Below are positions 22,544 through 31,351 of a stretch of DNA of 64,000 bases, one piece after another; position 1 is the stretch's first letter, and each line of letters begins with the position of its first letter. The notes under the pieces were generated by a model. That model saw nothing but the letters and a program-made list of their open reading frames with translations. It was not told the DNA's origin and searched no databases. This DNA comes from Pachysolen tannophilus NRRL Y-2460 (taxonomy: Eukaryota): assembly GCA_001661245.1 (NCBI GenBank), contig KV454015.1, forward strand, positions 599,465 to 663,464, given 5' to 3'. The position numbers were made by a program, and so were the translations under genes.

Positions 22544-23407
22544 TTACATGAATTCTGAATGATGTATATATTCAGGTAAATTCATATTTTCCGATCCTAA
22601 TGAGGATAATGACGATGATGATGAGGTTTCTCCACTTTGTCGTGAAATAACTTGATGCTTTTTATTTGTATCACCAGTATTGCTTTGAGTAGAAGAAGTA
22701 CGAGGAATTGATTGTATTTGGGAACCTAATCTTTGTCCCATTTCTAATTCTATATGTCCTTGTTGTTGTTCATGTTGATTTCGCACTTGTTCAGAAAGTT
22801 GTTCTTGTTCATGTTCATGCTCTTCACCTTGAGTCGAGCTAAGAGAACTTATGGAACTTTGAGACCATCTACTTCTTCTCTTTGTTCTATTTAATCTGGA
22901 ATTAGTATTTAAATGAACTTGTTTCTCATGTCTATTTCTTGCATCTGCTCTATGAAAGACATTATCACAACCTAAACGACACTTGTATTGCAGTGGTTGA
23001 TGTTGAGCTTTAACATGCCTTTTAAGTTCATTTTTAGTTGGAAGACCAATTATATGCCAAGGACAAGCTTCTTCAGGACAATGGAATTCTCGTAAGACTT
23101 TAAAATCATCATAATGTTTTGCCAATGAGAAGAAATTTGGAAAATGTGTTGAACAATGTGAACATTTATAAATTCCTTTCTTCTTTGTATTGGCAATTGT
23201 TGAAAGAACTAAAGGTGAAGCATGAATTTTTTCCAATAGAGTCAATGGCCCTTGTGTCTCTTCTGCTTGTTGTTGCTGAGTTGAAGATGATCCAGCACCA
23301 ATTTCTTGTCGCTGTCCAGGAGTTGAAATACTCGACGAACCTGCGGTTTCTTCTGTTGTATTTTCAGAATTGGGTGCTTCCTCGTTTATAAGTAATTTTA
23401 TATCCAT
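22544..23407 (-). CDS. RME1: C2H2 zinc-finger transcription factor, Rme1-like
   Basis: Three fingers: YKCSHC...LAKH.D, CP...CPW.IIGL...LKRH...QH and C...F.RADA..RH...VH.N.NSR.N, the Rme1 pattern. ATG at 23407. Confidence 0.75.
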   Translation of the reverse strand: MDIKLLINEEAPNSENTTEETAGSSSISTPGQRQEIGAGSSSTQQQQAEETQGPLTLLEKIHASPLVLSTIANTKKKGIYKCSHCSTHFPNFFSLAKHYDDFKVLREFHCPEEACPWHIIGLPTKNELKRHVKAQHQPLQYKCRLGCDNVFHRADARNRHEKQVHLNTNSRLNRTKRRSRWSQSSISSLSSTQGEEHEHEQEQLSEQVRNQHEQQQGHIELEMGQRLGSQIQSIPRTSSTQSNTGDTNKKHQVISRQSGETSSSSSLSSLGSENMNLPEYIHHSEFM

Positions 23408-24961
23408 TGCCAAGCCAAAAACAAAAAAAAAAAAAAAAAAGAAAAAGAATAAGAAAAAAACAAATGCTGATGATGTTGTCTCCAGCAGCTGATTAATAAC
23501 CTCAAATTACAATTGGTGCCTTTTAAGCTGGTTAATTCTATTCGTTCTAGTTTGAATTGAGATGGTTATGATGCGCTCTGATGTGAAGCATTGTAATTCT
23601 GTTTATATTTCTGTTGCTGAGTGACAGTACCAAATGATCAATTCTTTATGTTTTTAACCGAAACTTCGGATCATCTTTTTATGTTTCTAGGAATATCTTG
23701 CGTTTAAATAATATTAGTCAATTCCAATTTACTATAATTGAGGTAGTCAGCCTCTCAGTCATTACAAACCAAAAAAAAAAAAAAGAAAACTAATAGCTTT
23801 ACATGCATTTCGTTTTATCATATGAGGCGCATAGGTAGGTATGTTCTATTGATGTAATTCTAAAAGAAAACGTATATGATCATTTTTAAAACTTTATAAC
23901 TTCATTGCGTTTTATATGTGTCCTTCTGCAACAAGAGGAAACCAAAGGAAACCAAAAGGAAAAAAAAATCTAGAGAAATGGTTATATTTAGATATTTTCT
24001 TTATTCTTTTGGATACAGGTCATTTGCAAATGGGCTTAAAATGGTAAAAATGGGAAAATAAATAGAAATTGTTGGCTGGAAAAGCTAGATCGAGACATGA
24101 AAAGATGCATTAAAAAACAAAAAAAAAAGGAAAAAAGCAAAATATAAGAAAAGATAAACATTGAAACATCAGCATACTGTTTCAAAACATTATTGGTCTC
24201 AGGGGCTCGCATAAGGCTATTTGTGCATTGCATACGTTTGATTATTAAAATGAGACTCTTTTTAACTGACGAAAATCTGCTTAAAAGCTACCCGACGTGG
24301 AGACGCGCTTATAGAAAAGAGTAAAGTGTCAACAATTGGCGACCCAACTAATAAATAATAAAGTATTATAACTTATTAGTATAAGTATAAGTAAAGTAAC
24401 TAATTTGTCATTTAAATGAGTTAAAAAATCATGTATGTTTCCTCATCTAGAAACATCGGTATTAAATAGAATAATACCATTGGCCTAAATAGGGAAAACA
24501 ATAAGATATGAAAAAAAACTTTTCAAAAACTATATTATTATATGGTTTGAGCTAACATTTAACAAATATTTTTTTTTACTATTGAGTGAAGACTAAAATG
24601 GAAACTAATCTTTTAGTTGACTTCGGAGGAAAGACCTAATTTTTTTAACGTCCTGCAGATCTATATGAAACATAGAAACTAAGACACTGATTGAGTGGAT
24701 ATAATGAAAAATTCCCACTTGTAACGTAACGGTATTAAAGAAAGAAAGAAAGAAAAAATTTTTTTTTCTAAATGTATTTTACCATTGTGAAAAATGAAAA
24801 CTCATTCATTATTTTTATTATGGCAAGTTTCTCTACTCTACGAGTTTGTTTGACTTGGACTTTAAAATTTCTGAGTATGTTCAATTCCTGTAACATTTGA
24901 TCTAGAAATGAGGATATTACAAGCAGAAAGATTCTTGAAAGTATGTTTCTCTTTGAACAAT

Positions 24962-25985
24962 AAGAGATGTTTATTTCTTTCCAAATCGGTTCGGGCAAAC
25001 TTTAGATTTTATTTTTTTCGAAAAAGGTACCATATGTACGTGATACATATTAGTACAATACTTTCAACATTTATAATTTGAGGTGATTTCAAGTCAATTA
25101 CAGCGAAGTAAAGTTTAGGCTTTTTTTAGCAAAAGAGGTAAAAATGACTTCTAGAACGTTTGATTAGCTTTACTTCAAGGTAATAGTAAAAGTACTAGAA
25201 CTAGAATTAGAATTAGAACTAAAATAAAACTAGGATTATAAAATTGACCAGAAAAAAAAAAAAAAAAAAAAAAANNNNNNNNNNNNNNNNNNNNNNNNNN
25301 NNNNNNNNNNNNNNNNNNNNNNNNNNNNNNNNNNNNNNNNNNNNNNNNNNNNNNNNNNNNNNNNNNNNNNNNNNNNNNNNNNNNNNNNNNNNNNNNNNNN
25401 NNNNNNNNNNNNNNNNNNNNNNNNNNNNNNNNNNNNNNNNNNNNNNNNNNNNNNNNNNNNNNNNNNNNNNNNNNNNNNNNNNNNNNNNNNNNNNNNNNNN
25501 NNNNNNNNNNNNNNNNNNNNNNNNNNNNNNNNNNNNNNNNNNNNNNNNNNNNNNNNNNNNNNNNNNNNNNNNNNNNNNNNNNNNNNNNNNNNNNNNNNNN
25601 NNNNNNNNNNNNNNNNNNNNNNNNNNNNNNNNNNNNNNNNNNNNNNNNNNNNNNNNNNNNNNNNNNNNNNNNNNNNNNNAAGAGATGTTTATTTCTTTCC
25701 AAATCGGTTCGGGCAAACTTTAGATTTTATTTTTTTCGAAAAAGGTACCATATGTACGTGATACATATTAGTACAATACTTTCAACATTTATAATTTGAG
25801 GTGATTTCAAGTCAATTACAGCGAAGTAAAGTTTAGGCTTTTTTTAGCAAAAGAGGTAAAAATGACTTCTAGAACGTTTGATTAGCTTTACTTCAAGGTA
25901 ATAGTAAAAGTACTAGAACTAGAATTAGAATTAGAACTAAAATAAAACTAGGATTATAAAATTGACCAGAAAAAAAAAAAAAAAA
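24962..25985. repeat. About 300-bp identical direct duplication (24962-25274 and 25680-~25985) flanking N gap 25275-25679
   Basis: Both copies start aagagatgtttatttctttccaaatcgg and end aattgaccag(A)n. Confidence 0.9.
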
Positions 25986-26080
25986 ACAGATAATTAATTA
26001 TAAACAATATTTTGCTGATTTGAAACGTTACTTACTATACAGAAAAATTTAAGCTAAATGAACCAAGTAAGTACTTCTTA

Positions 26081-26720
26081 TTAAAAATCTTGTAAAGTTA
26101 AAACGTTGGCAACTTCAGTATTGTCAACGGCATGCTTGAATTCTTCAAAACTTAAAGTTCCATCCCCATCTTTATCATTTTCCATTATTGTCTTATCGAC
26201 AATTTGTTGTAACTGTTCATCTTCTAAATTTTTACCAACCATCATTTTTAATACTAAAAATAATTCCCCATTAGATATAACTCCATCCCTATCAATATCA
26301 TAAATTTTAAATATAAAATTTAATTTATCATCATTTTGACCTTTACTACTAAATATGGAAAGTCCCGTTATAAATTCTTGAAAATCAACATCTCCTCCTC
26401 CATCTTCATCAAAGACTTCAATTAACCTAGGAGCTAAAGGATTCGATTCTATTCCGGGTATAGATAAAAATTCATCCTTGTCTATTGTCCCCGTTCTATC
26501 AGCATCTAACTTCATAAACCTCTTACGTAATCTGTCTATTTCATCATGGTCAACTAAATTAACAAACAAACAAACATATGTACAATCATTATGTCAATTC
26601 CCGCTGTCAGTAACTTTATCTTATGAAAATACTTTTTTTTTAATTTATGTTTCTCGTTAATCACTTACAGTTTGTACCCTCGGCCAATGAATCCATAATT
26701 TTGGATGTTGTGATACCCAT
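26081..26720 (-). CDS. CNB1: Calcineurin regulatory subunit B, 2 exons: 26720-26669 and 26553-26081
   Basis: Four EF hands; [13 protein letters not shown] and [21 protein letters not shown]. Intron 26668-26554 (GTAAGT...TACTGAC...TAG) joins myristoylatable [22 protein letters not shown] in frame. Confidence 0.96.
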
Positions 26721-27074
26721 TTTTTTTTATTAAAGAAATCAGAAAATATATACGTCCTGTTTTTTTTTCTTTATTATTATTATAATTAATAATAAAAATA
26801 CAACTTTTCTTCTATAATATCAGAATCAACACAGTCTATAGAAGAATTAGGTATCACTCAAATATATTTAAATATATTTACAATTACATATGAATATAAT
26901 ATCAATTTGCTATTCCTTCCACTGTTTTTAACGGTTTCTTTTTATTTTTTTGTTAACAAAGAGGCTCATTATCATCAAATAACTTTAAAGGGAAAATTAA
27001 CTATTTATTACACTACCTTGATTTAGAGTGATATTGTCTATATAATCTCTAGCTATATGAACTGAACTATCTGT

Positions 27075-28952
27075 CTATGTATAGGCTTGTCTATTGAGAT
27101 TATAGCTTCTCGCCACACCTCCTCTGCCTTCTTGTACTATTGCACCTTCTTGGTCAATATCATTTTCATCGTCTTCGTCATTTTTGAAATCACTTCCTAA
27201 CCCTGTCCAAGTTCTATTTTGCAAACTAATGGCAGATGTAGATACTGTTCCTTTAATAGCAACTGATCCTGAGAATTTTTTAACTAGTTGTGTGGTTTCA
27301 TTTTCATTTCCATTTCTTTCTAAATCCAGTTGTGGAGAGTCTATTTCTAGATGCTGGATGATTCTTCTTAGGGGCCTCGATGTACTAACGTATTTACCAG
27401 TAACAGAATCAAACTCTGGTTCATCATTTTTATAATCTGTGTCATCTGTATTAGTAGCACCAGTTTCCGATTCCAATTCCATTGCCATTGCCATGGCCTC
27501 AGCTTTTTCTTGCAGGTCCAAACTCATAACTTCTTTAAAATCAACCACCCATTTACCTGACCAACTAACTTCAGGTTTTAAAGCAACTTGTAATTCATAT
27601 GGAGTAATAATAGGTTTATAATAATCACCAACGTTATCTATAATAATTCCTGATTGGCCACAACCCAAGACACACCATATATCAATAGTTTCAAAATTAG
27701 CTAGTTTTGCCACATTTGGTTTACCAACAACAAACATGTAATGTTTCTTTCCGGCTTCTTTAATCCATGAAGCTACAGTATTTAATATTTGTTTTGTATT
27801 TGAAAGTGAAAGAGTATTTACTAAGATCCCTATAGTACCTGCAGTTCTTGCAATATGCATATAACGATACCTTTTCATCAAAGATGGATAAGGTCCTTGA
27901 AAAGTTCCACCAGTTAAAGAATCATAACAAGTTATTGTAGAAAATTTTGTTGATAATTCTAATAATCTTGGAGATTCTGGTAAATTTATATGAAATAATT
28001 CATATTCTTGGAAAAAATTTTCATTTTCATTAAATTTTTTTAAATCTTCTTCATTTAAACCATAAATTAATCTATTTGAAATCTTGACAAATTTTGAAAT
28101 TTCTCTTTCTTGACTATTAGCATCAATAACAATAGAATGAGAATAATCTATATCCGCATATACTAAATTTTCATATTTAGGTTTTAAAAATTGATATAAT
28201 GTTGAAAGATGATGAGTATATGGAGCATCTGCCATTAAGCAAACTCGTGTGTTGACATCTTTATAAGTTTTTTCAAAAAAATTAACAAACAGTTTATGAT
28301 CTAAATATGGTTTACCGAAAACATATGCTGCTGATAATTTTTCAATCTTATTTAAGCATGCATCACCAAAATGTATAACTAAATCACTCAGAACATGTTC
28401 AGCAGCAACTTCATCAATACAACAAGGCGAATAAGATGTGTCTGCCAAGATCCAAACTTTTTGTTCTTGTAAATGTTTATTTTTACCATTACTACAAGAA
28501 GAACAACATTTCCCATCCACCAGATTTTTACCTGAACATTTGTTATTGACAGTTTCAATATCACTACTTGAAATAGTATCAACTAAAGATAAATCATCAC
28601 TTTCGTCATGTTGGGATTTAATTAAACTTTGGTTTTCTTTCAAACCTTCTTGTAATAACTGAACAATAATAGCAGAATCAGAAATCAATTTATCCAGAAA
28701 TTGTAATGTAATAGCCTTATATTTAAACCTTCCTTCTTCATTTTTCTGTTTCAAAAAATCAATCACTTTCAGAATCGAATAATAATCTTTCACTTTCAGA
28801 ATCAACTCATTTAAATCTATTTCATTTGCATCTTGATTTGAAAAAATAGGTCCAAAATATGGTCTTGATCTAGTCGTTGCAGTTACCTTATCAAACTCAA
28901 ACGTTGACTCATCTTGAGCTGTTGAAAGTGAGGGCAGCAGTGCCTGTGTCAT
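27075..28952 (-). CDS. DPH2: Diphthamide biosynthesis protein Dph2
   Basis: ILADTSYSPCCIDEVAAEH, VIHFGDAC, GTIGILVNTLS, YMFVVGKPNVAKLANF and PIITPYEL. Confidence 0.95.
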   Translation of the reverse strand: MTQALLPSLSTAQDESTFEFDKVTATTRSRPYFGPIFSNQDANEIDLNELILKVKDYYSILKVIDFLKQKNEEGRFKYKAITLQFLDKLISDSAIIVQLLQEGLKENQSLIKSQHDESDDLSLVDTISSSDIETVNNKCSGKNLVDGKCCSSCSNGKNKHLQEQKVWILADTSYSPCCIDEVAAEHVLSDLVIHFGDACLNKIEKLSAAYVFGKPYLDHKLFVNFFEKTYKDVNTRVCLMADAPYTHHLSTLYQFLKPKYENLVYADIDYSHSIVIDANSQEREISKFVKISNRLIYGLNEEDLKKFNENENFFQEYELFHINLPESPRLLELSTKFSTITCYDSLTGGTFQGPYPSLMKRYRYMHIARTAGTIGILVNTLSLSNTKQILNTVASWIKEAGKKHYMFVVGKPNVAKLANFETIDIWCVLGCGQSGIIIDNVGDYYKPIITPYELQVALKPEVSWSGKWVVDFKEVMSLDLQEKAEAMAMAMELESETGATNTDDTDYKNDEPEFDSVTGKYVSTSRPLRRIIQHLEIDSPQLDLERNGNENETTQLVKKFSGSVAIKGTVSTSAISLQNRTWTGLGSDFKNDEDDENDIDQEGAIVQEGRGGVARSYNLNRQAYT

Positions 28953-29150
28953 TCTCTATCTTTAAAACACCAACAAATAACTAACTATATTTCTTGATTT
29001 CTTGATTTGGTACTTTCTTATTTTTTATCAAATTTGTTTAGCCCAAATTCATAGATTTCACCACCACCTCCTATTTTTTTCCCTGCTTAAAAAAATCGTA
29101 AGATGATCATGATGACCTTCTTAAATTCTAGCTTTTCTAGCCAAAAAGAG

Positions 29151-29160
29151 AAATTTTTCA
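29151..29160 (-). promoter_or_regulatory. RRPE element (TGAAAAATTT) upstream of DPH2
   Basis: aaatttttca lies about 200 bp upstream of the DPH2 ATG. DPH2 is a ribosome-biogenesis-regulon-type gene in S. cerevisiae. The AT-rich background weakens the call. Confidence 0.4.
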
Positions 29161-30169
29161 AATTTTTTTTTNTTTTTTTTTCGTATTTTTCGTATTTTTA
29201 CACGGTTTTTATAAGCGAGATTGAATAGATAACGAACATAACGAATCGAAGAGAGAGAGAGTGTGTGTAAAGAGACAATAATGAGCAGACAGAGATAGTA
29301 AAGGTAATCTGAATGCCAGATGGAATTAATTTTCCTAAATTGAAGATAAATAAAATAAAGAACTAATTGATCAAATGAATCTAGTTGTTGTTCATCCTGT
29401 TTTTGTTCGCATTGCACATTATAGTCAATGGTTACATATAGTTAGAACATTTCAAATACTTCATTACAAAACTAAATTTGTATGACACCTATACCTAAAA
29501 TTAAGAAATATTCATCTACATCTAGTAAGAATTCTAAATATTACAAAAAATTAATCAATTTAAATATTTTTAAATTTTCATCATAGGTCAGACAGATGGT
29601 AGTCCTCAAATCGCTCTGAAAATTTACTGTCCCGTCACTACCAACCCCAATATCCAGATTTCCTTGATAAAAGAAGATCCACAGAAAAATACATGGTTCA
29701 GAGGGTATCAGATGCTTTTTTGAAGAGTGTTCGAAAAGGTTCTTGCAAATTTTTTTGAATTAAGTACTATTTTTTCAATTAATTTGTGTATCAAGCGGAA
29801 ACAGCACTGGTGGTGATGGTGGTGACGCTGCTCTCTTTCTCTCACATCTGGAAGGTTCAAAAATTAATTTTTTTTTTTGTTTGTTTGCATATTTGGTCGT
29901 GTGGTTTCCCAAACATTCAAATCAAAACGTTTTGTGCTTTAAAACACGTCCAAAATAATAGGAGGGAAATAAATAAAAGTCTTTCTTGCCTGGCCTTTCC
30001 CGCCTGGATAGCTAGTCTCCCAGGCCGGTCTGCCTAGCCGGTGGAAAAGAGGGTAGCCTTGGGAGCCTACCTTTTTTTTTTTTTAAATCAAATCCATATA
30101 ATAATAATATTATTCAATTGTTTGTTTCTACGAAAAGGTTATATCTATCATATACGATCATATCTGAGT

Positions 30170-31108
30170 ATGTCTCGTAATTCGGAAAAGGCAAATTCGT
30201 TATTGCATCGGTATTATCGCCAGCAATCAGAGAGTATATTGCCAACGGCTGGTACTCCTAGACCTCGAAAAGTTCAATCGGTCAAGTCAATAGCTGTAGC
30301 TGAAAAATTTAGGTCGCTTTGTATCAGAGAAATATCAACAAAGATTACAAGAATAAATGATTCTTCTATTAATGATTATCAGATTCGAGACTTGAATGAT
30401 GATTTGAATAAGCTTATGAAAGAGAAGTTATCATGGGAGTACCATATTCGAGATTTAGGAGGTCCTGATTATATAACTTTTTCTAAAAAACAGCAACGAT
30501 CAGCAAATGATTTTGAAGTTAAAGGATATAGATATTTTGGTAGATCAAAAGAGTTACCCGATGTTAAAGAATTGATTGAATCTCAAGAAAGGGAAAAGTT
30601 GAAACTGAAAAATAAAATTCAAGCTTTTAAAAATGATTTTGAATATATAAAGCTGATAAATTTAAAAGAAAAAAATTTAATTAATAATGGCGAATATTTT
30701 GGTCTTTATGATGAAATAGATATAATTTCAAAAGATTTGGTAAAAGATGACGATATTTTAGAACAAGTGATAGAAGTGTTGGGTCATGATATATCACCAT
30801 CCATGCTGAATAAGATTATAACTAACGCTGAATTTAAGCATAAAAATAATAATTATTTCAAAGACAATAATCATAACGAGCTTAATAGTAGCTTACCGAA
30901 ATTTGAGCATGAAATCTTAAGAAAAAAGGAAAATAATGATAAAATAGACAAACTAAATACTAGAAATAAGGATGATATTCATAATAATGATAATAATAAT
31001 ATCTTAATAGAATTTGATGAATTTAATCCACCAAATATGCAAATAATTGAAAACGCTTTGGTTGAGAAAAGGAAAAAACAACTACAAGAAAAATTAGGAT
31101 TAGCTTGA
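30170..31108 (+). CDS. ISY1: NineTeen-complex splicing factor Isy1
   Basis: MSRNSEKANSLLHR, DYQIRDLNDDLNKLMKEK..WEYHIRDLGGPDY and GYRYFGRSKELPDVKEL. The start is placed at ATG 30170. Confidence 0.95.
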   Translation: MSRNSEKANSLLHRYYRQQSESILPTAGTPRPRKVQSVKSIAVAEKFRSLCIREISTKITRINDSSINDYQIRDLNDDLNKLMKEKLSWEYHIRDLGGPDYITFSKKQQRSANDFEVKGYRYFGRSKELPDVKELIESQEREKLKLKNKIQAFKNDFEYIKLINLKEKNLINNGEYFGLYDEIDIISKDLVKDDDILEQVIEVLGHDISPSMLNKIITNAEFKHKNNNYFKDNNHNELNSSLPKFEHEILRKKENNDKIDKLNTRNKDDIHNNDNNNILIEFDEFNPPNMQIIENALVEKRKKQLQEKLGLA

Positions 31109-31351
31109 TGTATAGATATATATCTAATTATAATGATTAATTCAAAAATTAAGCTGCATTAAACAATAAGAATAGAAAAAAAAAAAAAAGACACACAAGA
31201 ATAATAGTCAAAAAAAAAAAATAAAACTCAATCATTATCTAACTCCTCCCATTAAAAATACTAAATAAAAAGAATCGAAATATTTCCAATATTTCAATCT
31301 TTGAAACTGTAACCAAAAAAAAACAAAAAAAAAAAAAAAGTCTTGAAAAAC

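Noticed and set aside
23570..23870. TGATGT half-sites upstream of RME1 as a1-alpha2 operators
   Set aside because: No correctly spaced ACATG alpha2 half-site.
29278..29312. ACAGAGA (U6-like) and ATAATGA...CTGA (C/D-like) motifs
   Set aside because: The flanks do not match U6, and the box spacing is too short for a snoRNA.
29791..29808. CAAGCGGAAACAGCA resembling SRP RNA helix 8
   Set aside because: The stem closing the GAAA loop cannot form, and no Alu-domain motif is nearby.
30041..30169. GTG-initiated N-terminal extension of ISY1 in the ORF track
   Set aside because: It runs through poly-T, and the conserved Isy1 start MSRN is at 30170.
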